From the NCBI GenBank assembly GCA_951406725.2, contig OX597822.1:13826001-13890000 (forward strand): a DNA stretch of 64,000 bases, given 5' to 3'. The notes under the pieces are model-generated. The model was not told where the DNA came from. It ran no database searches and saw only the letters and a program-made list of their open reading frames with translations. The DNA is from Octopus vulgaris. Lineage: Eukaryota. Below, in pieces: positions 44,243 through 57,473 of this stretch. Each line of letters begins with the position of its first letter. Within the stretch, counting starts at the first letter, position 1. A program made the translations under genes and the position numbers.

Positions 44243-44600
44243 ATTTCTAACGGTATATCTCTTTGTCTGTCCATTCTTCTACGCATTATTATTTTTCTGA
44301 GAATTTATGTATACACACACACGCACACACAAACACACACACATTCACAAACACACATTCACAAACACATATATATATACACAGACGCACATACATACAC
44401 CACCATCTTTATATGCATATCTATGTGTTTATGCGTACACACACATACACACACGCACATTTATTTATATATATATATATAAACACACGCACACATATAT
44501 ACACCCACATCTTTATATGCATATTTATTTGTTTATGTATATGCACAAACACACACATGCATATACAGCCACAGTTAGTTTAACCGTGGTTCTATATATT

Positions 44601-44633
<33 letters not shown>

Positions 44634-45462
44634 TTTATGCGCATGTGCTTCTGTTTAGATTTATGGTTTGAAAAGCAGAATACTTAAGTACGGAATGGAA
44701 TTATTTCTACCCCACCCCCTCCAATTTCTTTCTCCCTCTCTTTCTCTCCCAAAACATACATACATACATACATGTGTGTATATATATATATGCATACATA
44801 TGTATATATACATGTATATATATATATGTACGTATGTATGAATGTATGTATATATAGGTATGCATGTATATATGTGTGAATGTGTTTATACTTACATATA
44901 TATGTAAGTATTTATATATATACATATGCATAAATATATAAGTATATATATGTATGCATATATATACATGAAAATGTATATATATATGTATATATACAGA
45001 CATACATAAATATATATATGTATGCATGTATATATATATACATATATACATATATATATATATGTATATATATGTGTGCGTGTGTATGTATATATGCATT
45101 ATATATATATATATTTACGTGTATGGCTGTGTAAATATATGTACGTGTGGGTTTATATATACGTGTACGTGTATGTGCATATATAAAAATACGTATATAA
45201 TGTATATACAGATAGATGTGTCTATTTATGTGTGTATGCATACACACCCACACACACACATGGATTTATAGAAACAGACATACACTTACTTAAGCACAGA
45301 TATATACATGCGCGCACGCACACACGCACACATATACACACACATACACACACAGCCGCATGCACAACAGCTAGCATGGCAGATTTAAACGTTTCAACGA
45401 ACAAACTTACTTGAAATCATTAGAAATATATAAAAGAGTGAAAGAGAAAATGAAAGAATGAA

Positions 45463-45621
<159 letters not shown>

Positions 45622-45720
45622 TGGAGAAAGAGAGGGAGAGGGAGAGAGAAAGAAAGAAAGAAGGAAAGAAAGAGAAAGAAAGACTGAAACAAAGAAAGAA
45701 AGAAAGAAAGAAAGAAGGAG

Positions 45721-45812
<92 letters not shown>

Positions 45813-46504
45813 GATGTGTTCGAAATGATAAAAATGGAAACAGAAAAGACCCAATGAACAAAAAGAATGAGGAAAGAAAAATAAATGGTAAGCATAAAAT
45901 GGTTCTGAGAGTCTTTGAAACTAGGAAGCTGGTTTGTTTGAAGGAATGTGGCGCGTAATACTGCAAGTGTGAAAGTATTTATCATGGATCCCCTTGTATC
46001 TCTGCTGTTGAACGCGAGAAATATGCGATAAAGAGATATCAAACGCGCTCAACGAGAGTCAGCCATTTTTTGTACTTTTAAATAGTTGTGTTTGTGTGAG
46101 CGTGCACACATCTGTGTGATACACACACACATACAGATACACACACATACGGACACACACTCAGATGTGTGGGTGCATGGTATTTTTCGCTTAATGCGTT
46201 TCATGCACGTGTGATTGAGTTTGCATTTGCATGCGCCTGTATTTGAATAAACGTCTATCCTTTGATATACTCACACACACGCATACACACTCGCAGACGC
46301 ACACATATAACACCTATGTATGTGTGTGTATGTGTCACACATCTATTTGCATATACATTATATACTATTCTTATATATATACATAGACGTACACGTATAT
46401 ATAACTCCCTCATATGAAAATGTACAAAACTTTCTGTATGTAAATACATATTTATGTATGTGTGAATGTGTGTATGTATATATGTATATACGTACGTACG
46501 TCCG

Positions 46505-46538
<34 letters not shown>

Positions 46539-46600
46539 CGTATGTATGTATGTATGTGTGAATGTGTGTATGTATATATGTATATACGTACGTACGTCCG

Positions 46601-46634
<34 letters not shown>

Positions 46635-47212
46635 CGTATGTATGTATGTATGTATGTATGTATGTATGTATGTATGTATGTATGTATGCATGTAAATATG
46701 GGTGTGTACATGTGTATGCGAATTCGATGTATACCCATGAGATTGAAATCAAAATGTTTCGTTGCAAATATTCTTATATGCAATAAAGTGCAAAATACTA
46801 TAAAATACCTCTAACTACACGCAAAAGATGGAAGCAGGCGAGATTGCAAATGGCAATAACGAGTCTCGCACACACGCACATGCGCAGTTGCACATATGTG
46901 TATGTGTGTGTGTGTGTGTGTGTGTTGTTCCAAACGTGTTAAGCCTTGCTATGTTATCTTAAAATGAGATAAAAGCTTTTCTTTCCCATTGTATGTTGAG
47001 CAGAACACTTTAGTAACATTTCTCGTGTGTTTAGGTGTTTGTTTATCTTTCCATCCTCGCTCTCACTCTCTACATGTGTGCGTGTGTGAGTGTGGTTGTA
47101 TGTGTAAACTTACGCACACGCATACGTACAGGCGAAATACAACAATCAAATGTAAAAAAAAAAGCTGCAAACGCATAAGAAACCCTCAAAGGAGCATATA
47201 TAGAAACATAAA

Positions 47213-47247
<35 letters not shown>

Positions 47248-47918
47248 GCACACACATATATATATTCGATCTGGTGTTGAAACGAACGTAATTAACTTTG
47301 ATGTAATACTACAGTTTTCACTCTTTCTTCCGTGCTACCAGATGTATTTCCTTGTTCTACAGTTGTATGTAGCATTGTCTTTTGGGAAGATAAGATTCTA
47401 CTTGTATGTTACGCATCTGTTTCTTTTCTTTCTTTTTTTCTTGTTATTCCTTGCCTTGCTTTAGTCTCTGAGGTATTTGGTGCGTGGAATACAAGCAACG
47501 TTAAGGGGAGTTTTCTTGTCTTGTAGGTGCTGATTGCTGTTGTAATTGAAATATAAAGTTTCAAACCAAACGAGCAGGGGAGGCAGAAAGCGAGAAAGAG
47601 AGTGAATGAGAGAGGGAATTGAAAGTCCGAAAATTCAGTCCCGTGCAATTAAGCTATGATTTCAAGCACGCCATGGTTCAACGTTTCCTCTTTGCATTCC
47701 AGAGTTTGGTACGGTTAATACCAGACAATAATAAATGCAGTTCCTCCTTTAAAATATTTTAATCTTTAGCATGCTCGACAAAATCCTTAGGGGCCCTTCA
47801 TCCGTCTATGTCCTTCTGAGTTCAGGTGAAATGCAAAAAAAAAACAAATGTAAAAAAAAAGCTGCAAACGCCCAAGGAACCCCCAAAGGAACATACATAC
47901 AGATAGATAGATAGATTT

Positions 47919-47957
<39 letters not shown>

Positions 47958-48090
47958 AAAATAGTAAAGTGTGAAAAAACGACAGAAGGCTTAAATGTTA
48001 AAAAATATATATATTTGTGTCAAAATGTCTGGAGAATATTGGGAAAATTTTTTTTCCTTTCCTTAAAATGACATAACTTTAAAATTTTTA

Positions 48091-48130
48091 AAGAAATTAC
48101 CGGTTTCGCGTGTAGCTTTTCAAATTTCTT
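48091..48130 (-). ncRNA. Minimal hammerhead motif of PLE-1 left arm
   Basis: Exact revcomp of 49464-49503. Confidence 0.75.
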
Positions 48131-48266
48131 GTGACGTTATGTTTATATTGCATGGAGTTATCGTTGTGTTTATTTTCAGGAGATTTCTAAATAAGGGGAG
48201 GTATTGAGTGATTTCTTCCGGTGTAAGGGAGATAATCGCTTAAAAATTTTTCCCCCCTTTCCCTTG

Positions 48267-48674
48267 TTAATTTCTCTGTATCAGTATGTTCGGATGGTTG
48301 AGTCTGGGTTTGTACTTTTCAATGAAGAATGTTTCCTTGTTCAGTCTCATTTGTGTTGATGATCCGAAAGCACATTGGTAAAATGGGAAGATTAAAAATT
48401 GTGGCAGTAGTTGCTTTGCGCATTTCTCAATGTGCTCACTAAAAGGTATCATTCTATATTCTGGGAATGCAATCTGTTGTCGATGCAGTGTGCATCTACG
48501 CCTGAGTGATAGTCCCGTGGAACCCACGTAGTCTTGGTGGCAGCCCGAGCATTTAATGACATAAATTATGTTTTCAGAGGCACAAGTAAAGTTAGATTTG
48601 ATCTTGAATTTATGTCCCCCTTTAAAGAAGAATTCTGATCCTTCCAATAGGTTAGGACATGTTGCACAGTTCGA
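48267..48674 (-). pseudogene. PLE GIY-YIG endonuclease, 5'-truncated inverted copy
   Basis: SNCATC..FTCASENIIYVIKCSGCHQDYVGST..RCTLH..FSEH..KETFFI. Confidence 0.9.
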
Positions 48675-49279
48675 ACCCCAGAAACAAAGAAGCCTTCACT
48701 ATCATCACCCAGAATTTACCAATACTTCATAAAAACCCAAAATTAAAGGAAATTCTAAACATACACCAAATCATTAAAAGCTACAAACAGCCTAAATCAC
48801 TTAAAAAGATCCTCACAAAGGCAAAATTGTCTTCTAAAATTACGGATGCAAAAGTAAAAAAATGTGGTAGATCGAACTATGCAACATGTCCTAACCTATT
48901 GGAAGGATCAGAATTCTTCTTTAAAGAGGGACATAAATTCAAGATCAAATCTAACTTTACTTGTGCCTCTGAAAACATAATTTATGTCATTAAATGCTCG
49001 GGCTGCCACCAAGACTACGTGGGTTCCACGGGACTATCACTCAGGCGTAGATGCACACTGCATCGACAACAGATTGCATTCCCAGAATATAGAATGATAC
49101 CTTTTAGTGAGCACATTGAGAAATGCGCAAAGCAACTACTGCCACAATTTTTAATCTTCCCATTTTACCAATGTGCTTTCGGATCATCAACACAAATGAG
49201 ACTGAACAAGGAAACATTCTTCATTGAAAAGTACAAACCCAGACTCAACCATAGGAACATACTGACACAGAGAAATTAA
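48675..49279 (+). pseudogene. PLE linker, Zn-knuckle and GIY-YIG endonuclease (Neptune/Naiad-like), 5'-truncated but open
   Basis: KKCGRSNYATC knuckle; NIIY..CxxC..YVG; CCHH pattern; conserved R, E and N of GIY-YIG. Confidence 0.9.
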
Positions 49280-49463
49280 CAAGGGAAAGGGAAAAACCAT
49301 CCGAACATACTGACACAGAGAAATTAACAAGGGAAAGGGGAAAAAAATTTTTAAGCGATTATCTCCCTTACACCGGAAGAAATCACTCAATACCTCCCCT
49401 TATTTAGAAATCTCCTGAAAATAAACACAACGATAACTCCATGCAATATAAACATAACGTCAC

Positions 49464-49503
49464 AAGAAATTTGAAAAGCTACACGCGAAACCGGTAATTT
49501 CTT
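49464..49503 (+). ncRNA. Minimal type I hammerhead motif with U3-A8 core variant
   Basis: aagaaat-TTGAAAA-gc tacac gc-GAAA-CCGGTA-atttctt: 7-bp helix I, palindromic ACCGGT, GUA site. Confidence 0.78.
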
Positions 49504-49674
49504 TAAAAATTTTAAAATTATGTCATTTTAAGGAAAGGAAAAAAAATTTTTCCAATATTCTCCAGACATTTTGACACAAATATATATATTTTTTAACATT
49601 TAAGCCTTCTGTCGTTTTTTCACACTTTACTATTTTCTTATATATTCACCCACGTGCTTTACCAAACAAACTTT

Positions 49675-49719
<45 letters not shown>

Positions 49720-49767
49720 AAGCAAGTCAAGATAGAAAATGCTAAAATAATTTTATAAAGAACATTT

Positions 49768-49804
49768 CAGTACCGGTTTCGGTCATTTGAGACCTTTTCA
49801 ACTG
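49768..49804 (-). ncRNA. Minimal type I hammerhead motif of PLE-2, U3-A8 variant
   Basis: Revcomp: cag-TTGAAAA-ggtc tcaaat gacc-GAAA-CCGGTA-ctg. Confidence 0.78.
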
Positions 49805-50218
49805 TAACGATTAAATAATTAAATTTAGAAAAATTAAAAGAATAATTTTTTTAAAAGAATATTTGTATAGTGTTCAAATATAAGTGGCATTTTCCTTGTT
49901 TCTGCCTTTCTCTGTCTCTCTTGTTTACTCTTGTGGGTTCAAGGTCCATGTGAATTCTTGGTAGGGAAGAAGAAGAAGAAGAAGAAGAAGAAGAAGAAGA
50001 AGAAAAAGAGGAGGAGGAGGAGGAGGAGGGAGAAGGGGAGGAAGAATTTGGGATTGCCTTGATTGTCGTTGGTCTGTGGTGGCTAAAAGTTCCTGCTGTT
50101 CAATTCATGAAAATATTTCTATTGAAAGGTTTGTTTATAGAATTTGCGTAGGTGTTATACTAAAAAGCATTAGTGATAAAGTTAGGAAGGAGAAGGGGGA
50201 GAAGAAGAAGTAGAAGAA

Positions 50219-50273
<55 letters not shown>

Positions 50274-50403
50274 GGAGAATATGAATGCGTGGAAGTAGTG
50301 GGATGTTGGATGACTTAAAGTTGGCATGTTGTGGGTTATAGATGTGATTGGGGCTGATTTTTAATGGATTCTTAGGAATGTAATATTTGCGTGTGTATTT
50401 GTG

Positions 50404-51480
50404 TTATTGTAAAGCTGAGGTGGATATATCGTTTGTCGTAGATGCGTTCAAAAGGTGCCTGTATTTTGTAATAAAGAGAGTTTCTTTACTTATTCGTTGG
50501 CTCGAGTTTGTATCGTCCCTGAATTGGTAGAGGGGGAAAATCCTGAAGCTTGGAGTTTTGTTGTTGGCGCAAATATCTATGTGTTGGCTGAATGCTATTT
50601 TTCTGTTTTGGGGAATTTTTATCTGGCATCTGTGCAGGGCCATTCTTTTACGTAAATTATTTTTTGTTTGACCTATGTATTGCTCTTGACACCCAGAGCA
50701 GGTTAGTGTGTATATCAGGTTCTCCGAAGCACATGTGAAATTGCTTTTCACTGTGAACCGTTGTCCCTGTTTGAAGGAGAACTCTGATCCCTCAATTAGA
50801 TAATTGCATATCCCACAATTGGGTGTTCCACATTTTTTTACTGTCGGATTCTGTGTTGATGAGCGTATTCGGACTTGTGTTAGGAGACTTTTCATGGATT
50901 TAAGCTGTCTCTTGCTTTTTATGATCGTGTGTGTTTGGAGGATTAAGTTCATCCTGTGGTCTTTTTGTAGCAGGGGTATATTTTGGAGGATGGTGTCGAA
51001 GGCTTCATTGTTGAGAGGGTTGTGTGTGGAGATGTATGGTAAGGCTTTTAGTCGTAAATTTTTCTTTTGAGTTGAAGGGCACGTTGAATGCATATGTCAA
51101 TTAGTGAAGGTGGGTAGTTCCTGGTGATGAGGATATCTTTTAGTTCATGTAGTTGTGTGTCTCTGGTGTTTGCATTAGAAACTATAGTACATATCCTTTT
51201 TGCTAGATTGAAGGGGATATTCATTCTGGTGTGTCTGGGGTGGTATGAATTGAAAGGAAGATATTGCTTAGAATCCGTAGGCTTTTAGTATATATCTGTT
51301 TCTATTACATTATTAGATTTCTTAATGAGGATGTCGAGGAAGGGAAGTTGTTGCTGGCTATATTCCATCGTGAATTGGATGTTTACGTCCAGTCCATTTA
51401 AAATTGCTTGGAATTCTTTCAGTTTATATTTTCATGTCAAAGAATGAAAGTCATCTAGGTATCTCTTCCAGTTGTTTTCT
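50404..51480 (-). pseudogene. PLE reverse transcriptase/GIY-YIG ORF, disrupted
   Basis: YLDD catalytic motif; in-frame stop and frameshifts upstream of the open EN segment. Confidence 0.9.
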
Positions 51481-51774
51481 ATGTAGAGGGAGAAAGGGCT
51501 GCCATATCTTTCTAGAACCTTATATGTGTATATATATATATATTCGATCTGGTGTTGAAACGAACGTAATTGACTTTGATGTAATACCGAGATGGACTTT
51601 TATGCTTTCCAGTTTGAGAAAACAAGTACCAACTGAGCACTGGGGTCGATGTAATCCCTGACATTTTTTTTCCTTGAGTCTTGGCCCTCCTAAGGCCAGT
51701 AAGTCAGTTTCCCTGGCAAAGAAATGATCGAGATGATATTCTCCCTGCACGGGTCGCTGGTTTGGCGCAGGACC

Positions 51775-52153
51775 CAAAGCCAGTAATTTTTAGGATACGT
51801 CGATTACACCTGTATTTGACTGGTACTTTATCCTATCGACCCCGTTGGGATGAAAGGTAAAACTGAACTCAGTGGGGTTTGAACTTGAAACCTAAAGAGT
51901 CCGAAGAAATATCGCTAAATATTTTGTTCAATGGACTAACGACTCTGCCAATACGCAAGGCCAGCAATTTCGAGGGAGGGATTAAGTCGATTATATCGAC
52001 TTCAGTACTCGACTGGTAGATTATATTATCGACCCCGAAAAGGATAAACGGCAAAGTCGACCTCGGTGGAATTTGAACTCAGAAGGTAAAGATAGAGGAA
52101 ACGGCCCTGAGCCTTTTGCCCGACGTGCTAACCATTCTGCCCCCTCCCCGCCT
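51775..52153 (-). mobile_element. Two tandem family C SINEs
   Basis: Two atcgacccc..ggat.aa..g..aaa..tttgaact blocks. Confidence 0.7.
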
Positions 52154-52213
52154 TATATTGTATTATCATAAGAAATATTCGTTTATTTACATTTCTACCA
52201 CGTGAATAAGGGA

Positions 52214-52291
52214 TTTTAATATCTTTGTATTTTGTCTTCTCTTTTCAGGTGAGTACAGAAGTTACTTTTATTTCCAAATTTAGGGGTAAGT
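52214..52291 (+). promoter_or_regulatory. Candidate recursive splice site, or a 37-nt exon (52249-52285)
   Basis: ttttaat branch-like motif, pyrimidine tract, CAG|GTGAGT, then GG|GTAAGT at 52286. Confidence 0.45.
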
Positions 52292-52772
52292 TTTGATTTT
52301 ATTTTACTTTTGTTGTTTGTTTTGTATTTCCCTCACACCTTTGTCCCTTTTCTTTGATTATTTGGAAATGTGGGTCTGGGAATAGGAATGGCGTCCTCGT
52401 CCAGACGCTAAATTTAGATAACTTGCTGATTTCCCCAGCCCTTTCCTTCTACCAGTTTAGCATAATTAGATCTTAGATGACCTCCCCACCAGGATCAGCG
52501 AGGTATTTTATATACCGTACGACAACATGGTGATCCAGAAGATATATTCAAAGAAGCTGATGTTAAGCCACTGCAGAACCATCACTAAACTGCAGTGATG
52601 AAGATATCGCGAGTCCCTTACGTGCCCAGCATTAGAGGTATCCGAGATGCACATATCGTCAACCACTAAGGGACATGCTCAACTGGTTAAGGTCAAACAA
52701 CTGACAAGCCAATCTGTTGTATTGAGCAGAATATTTATACCAAGACAAAACAATGTACATGATAACATATCA

Positions 52773-52843
<71 letters not shown>

Positions 52844-52869
52844 GCCTTTGCACAGCTTCTGACGCTGGA

Positions 52870-53108
52870 GATGTACTACGGTGTCAGCTGTTCACTACCA
52901 GTGAACTAAGGTAACACCTCTTATTTTTCGAGCACCATCCGAAGTATTCGAGCTGATCCAAGCAGTGCTGTTTTCTACAAGTGCTCCACCCTTGTTCCAC
53001 GTACTTACCGAAATTTTTATTTACTGTTCCCAGGGCTCCGACAATTATTGATACTACTACCACCTTTTTCATCGACCAAAACTGCTTCACCTATCAAGCT
53101 AACCTGTC
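52870..53108 (-). pseudogene. RLE LINE 3' fragment between (ATT)n arrays
   Basis: KKVVVVSIIVGALGTV; (ATT)n on both sides. Confidence 0.7.
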
Positions 53109-53109
53109 A

Positions 53110-53209
<100 letters not shown>

Positions 53210-54102
53210 TATTGAAGTAGCAGAAAATCATTTTAGGGGATATTAAACAGTAGCGTTCATAGTTTTGTATCGTAAAAATGAGTCTGTCTCCTTTGTTATG
53301 CAGATTCATATTCGTCTCTAAAGGGTTAACGAATGTATTATATATATGCTGCACTTTTAGGCAATGTTTGCTGTTATTCACGACCGTTTATGGCAAATGT
53401 CACATGATACAAATATGGTTTTATGTTTCAGAAATGTCATCTCTGTCATTAAGCATATGCAACGATTATTGCTAAAAATAACTCTAAAACAATATTGTTT
53501 TTTTTTATTGAACGTCTGTTTTCGCACATAAATTCCAACACACGATGAAAACCAACAAAAGTTTTATTCGAAGTCTCGAGCAAACCGATTTACACCACAT
53601 CCGATGAATACAAATAATAAAACATGAAAACAGAGCATTTATATAATACATTTGTTCGTTTGTATTTTTCCATTCAAATTATGATTCTATGGAGTATCTA
53701 ACGGGGTCGAGACCGCAGCTATTAACTGAACCGTGGCTATAAGAGGCCTTGCTCGTATAATTCTTATAAAGTTGTGTCGCTGCTATAAAATTCAACCGAT
53801 ATATGGACTTTAAAGTACAAGTAATCATTTTTATGGTATATATTCAGCGTTGATATCGTTGCCAACCATTTTATGGTGGACATACAGAGCCGTGAAAATC
53901 GACAAAGATCTCGTGGTGCACATACAAGGTCACGGTATTTGTTTTCGTTTTTGCTTTTCTGTATTTTTTATATTTTTTTTCTTCGCCGTTGCCATAAATT
54001 GTGTCGGCATTAATACATTTGAACATAGAAAAATTAATGTGGTCAACAAAAATGTTTTTCCAGATCAAAACATTTTGACAAACATATATAGGACATATGT
54101 GC

Positions 54103-54340
54103 AGGTGCGTGGACCAGTGGTTAGGCTTGTGGCATTCACGATCGGGAGATTGTGCTTTCGATTCCCAGACCGGTTGTGCGCTATGTTCTAGAGAAAAACA
54201 TATGCCCCAGTCTACTCAGCTGTCAATAGGCAACCTTGCGACAGACTAACCTTCCAATCGGAGCCAATGTTAGCCTACTCGCTTACCCAATGGGATGGCA
54301 CCACACCTAAGCTAAAAGTAATGCAAACCTCATTATGACT
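54103..54340 (+). mobile_element. Degenerate tRNA SINE (family E-like)
   Basis: tggaccagtggttagg A-box, tttcgattccc B-box. Confidence 0.6.
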
Positions 54341-55099
54341 AGCGATGTATAACAACTTCGGATAGTTTGGACGATCACAATCACGTGATATAGGATAGAG
54401 AAGAATGTCACGTGATATATCATTACTTAAATTGTCGTTTTTTAAAAAGAGTTTCACTTCATGTAAAAACATTCTTTGGGTTTCCGATCGTCAAAGAAAA
54501 AAATCTTGGGTTCAAGTCTTGTAAACTAATCATTTATTTTCCTTCTTCTCCCTTTATTGTTGTTGTTCTACTTGTTTAGCTCCAAGTGGACCTTAATCAA
54601 GCAAACCTATGATCAAAGGCTTTCCAGTCATGACTATCCTGCCTTTCATGTGTGGTGGAAGAAACTCAAGACTTACATCGCCGAACGGGATTTGTCTTTG
54701 TTTTTGTTTCCTAAGACAGTGTCACAGAGATTTCCTTTGTGTTGCGATGCTTCAGTAATAAAGTTAATAGTCGAGAGGTGAGCGGAGAATTAAACCAAAT
54801 CTGATCGATTTTTAGGAAATATTTCACTACGAACCATATTTGAGATCCGATATTTTTGAGAGCAATTAGTCACGTGACTGAGGACACGTGACAAGATATT
54901 TAATTCCTAACAAAATGGATCAACGAACAAATTTTTATAGTTGAAATGAGTATTAGTTATGTGAAATGTTTTGGGTGCTCTTTAAGTAAGTGTGATTCGA
55001 GGTAGATTTAGCTGTTGTAACACGTCGAGTGACTGTGTAGAAAGATGTTCTGTCGCTGACACACCTCACATGTATATTAAATAGAATCACAAGTGTTTC

Positions 55100-55320
55100 C
55101 CGAGTGATAGGCTCATAAATCCGGTTTCCCGGATTCTTTAGAGTATATATAACCCCCACCTGGATGAGATGCCTGTCCGTTGCAGGATTACTCATTTTTG
55201 CCAGCCAGGTGGACTGGACCAACGTGAAATAAAGTGTCTTGCTCAAGAACACAACACACAGCCCGGTCTGGGAATCGAAATCACAATCTTACGATCACAA
55301 GTGCAACACCCTGATCACCA
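55100..55320 (-). mobile_element. tRNA SINE (family E-like)
   Basis: Revcomp: tttcgattcccagaccggg..ttcttgagcaagacactttatttcac. Confidence 0.65.
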
Positions 55321-55828
55321 AACCATATTCTTTATTTGTGTGGATATTGTACTTATGCGTTTGAATTCGTAATCTTCTAATGCTTTGCTCATAAAATGGT
55401 GGTAAAACTATCTCCACTTTTGATGTGGCTACGTGCCATTTCATGACATTTCAAACGTTGTTAAGTCGCATAAAATAAAATGTAGACTACATGAGCAAGG
55501 CGAAGTAATTATACATTTATATCTATATACACCTGTCACAAGGAATCCACTACTTTCTCACATTTTTGCCGGTCAGAAAGGCTGGTGATAGTACGGCTGA
55601 CATCCTCTTTGAATACTCGTAAATCGATATCAACAGGAGATAAATCAAACAGTGAGTGAGAACGGAATGCTTGGTGGATGCAATGTGAATCGAGATCATG
55701 TTACTCCGATGTATTTTCCAAGATTTGTCATGAAGTTCAGAGATTTCGTATCAACTCCCTTCTCGTGGTTTCATTTCGAATGAAGCCAAGTCATATAATT
55801 CTATTATCAAAAGCGTTCCAGCTATGTG

Positions 55829-56225
55829 CTCTTTTACTCTTTTATTCTTTTACTTGTTTCAGTCATTCAGACTGCGGCCATGCTGGAGCACCGCCTTTAA
55901 TCGAGCAACTCGACCCCGGGACTTATTCTTTTGTAAGCCCAGTACTTATTCTATCAATCTCTTTTGCCGAACCGCTAAGTAACGGGGACATAAACACACC
56001 AGCATCGGTTGTCAAGCAATGCTAGGGGGACAAACACACGCACGCATATATAAACATATATACGACGGGCTTTTTTCAGTTTCCGTCTACCAAATCCACT
56101 CACAAGGCATTGGTCGGCCCGAGGCTATAGTAGAAGACACTTGCCCAAGGTGCCACGCAGTGGGACTGAACCCGGGACCATGTGGTTGGTAAACAAGCTA
56201 CTTACCACACAGCCACTCCTGCGCC
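55829..56225 (-). mobile_element. SINE family B
   Basis: Revcomp similar to 21053-21484. Confidence 0.9.
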
Positions 56226-56456
56226 TAAATTATGTGCATGTCTCATAATTTTTTCCATAATGTATCTAGGACTACATTATCCGATGCGTCCTTCCTATTT
56301 TACGAAGACATTCCTGAGATTTGTTTTCTCTTCCTGGCAGGTCAAGCGACTGCTTACAAGCTCATTCCTTCGTTTATTCAAAATTCGACATATTATTAAG
56401 CATAATGTGAGACACCTGTACGCCAATGCTGGAGGTGTCGCTTATTCTGAACTCTT

Positions 56457-56498
<42 letters not shown>

Positions 56499-56669
56499 AC
56501 GCGCGCGAGTGTTTGTGTGTGTCGGTTTGTCTGTCTCTTTCTCTGTTTGTCTGCCTGTGTTTCTCTGTGAATTCGTGCGCATGTTCATGTTCGAACATGT
56601 ATTTGACATACCGTTTTTTGAATCACAGCCAGATACAGTCAATAATTCAGTCAACCTATATCCGTACAT

Positions 56670-57192
56670 TATTATGCCATCGAAGTGACACTGGGGTAAA
56701 ATATACGATCTGATAGGGTACACCAGGCACATGCATCACAACCGTATGTGCGTGACATGATGGTCTTATATCAAGATAAACAGCGCATGACCTTGCAGGT
56801 GGGGCCCTGAATTTTTTTCAGGTTGAGGTGTTTGAATAAGGGTTATTTAAGGATGTTGAACGAAACACCCGTGTTTCCAAGAGTGAATTGCTCAAACCTC
56901 CAAGAATCCCTCTCAGCACATGGCTATGATGCTCCCCCACTACTTCTGCTCGTGATCAGAGTGCACATATCGTCAGCCACCAAGGGACATACTCAACTGG
57001 TTACGGTCAAACACGTGACATACAAATTTGTGGTATTGAGCAGATTTCAAATTCCACCGAGGTCGACTTTCCGTTACATCCTATCGGGGTCGATATATAT
57101 GAAAACCAGCTGAGCACTGGGATCGATGTAATCGACTTACCCCCTCCCACTGCCCCCGAAATTGCTGGCCTTGGGATAAAAATTAAAACCAT
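56670..57192. mobile_element. R4/Dong-like 3' UTR (-, 56670-57045) joined to a partial family C SINE (+, 57045-57192)
   Basis: Revcomp similarity to 39260-39685, then ttcaaattccaccgaggtcgacttt. Confidence 0.7.
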
Positions 57193-57427
57193 TATTGTTG
57201 CTGTAGCTATTGCCATTGTTTTCGTTGCTTTGCTGCAACAGTTGCTGTTGTTGTCGTTGTTGTTTTTCGTTCCACCCCTCACCCCCGCCTGTCCTTATAT
57301 GTAAACCCTCGCACAAAGCGGAAGCTGACTTTGTAACACACTCCTCATGTGATACCCCTCAGGCAGATAAAATAATCATCATCATTGTCATCGTCAGCAT
57401 TATTATTATCATTATTATTATTATTAT

Positions 57428-57473
<46 letters not shown>

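Larger units (their letters stand above)
47951..49680. mobile_element. Fold-back Penelope-like element (PLE-1): two 5'-truncated copies head-to-head in (TA)n
   Basis: 47951-48674 is the revcomp of 48872-49644; both arms encode the GIY-YIG domain; (TA)n on both flanks. Confidence 0.93.
49716..51520 (-). mobile_element. Second Penelope-like element (PLE-2): RT C-terminal half, GIY-YIG, (CTT)n-rich 3' UTR and hammerhead
   Basis: Revcomp NWKRYLDD (51450-51473), QLPFLDI, TDIY*KPTDSKQYL; ORF 50404-51093 with THNP, CGTPNCGIC and NLIY..CSGC..YIG; 3' end at (TA)n. Confidence 0.92.

Noticed and set aside
48060-49530. A/G differences between PLE-1 arms as a trace of RNA editing
   Set aside because: Only two such sites were seen, and TGT to TAT destroys a conserved Cys, so later G-to-A mutation is the simpler explanation.
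48267-51093. Selenoprotein-type Naiad element (UGA at conserved Cys)
   Set aside because: Both EN regions use ordinary Cys codons; I saw no in-frame TGA at those positions and identified no SECIS.
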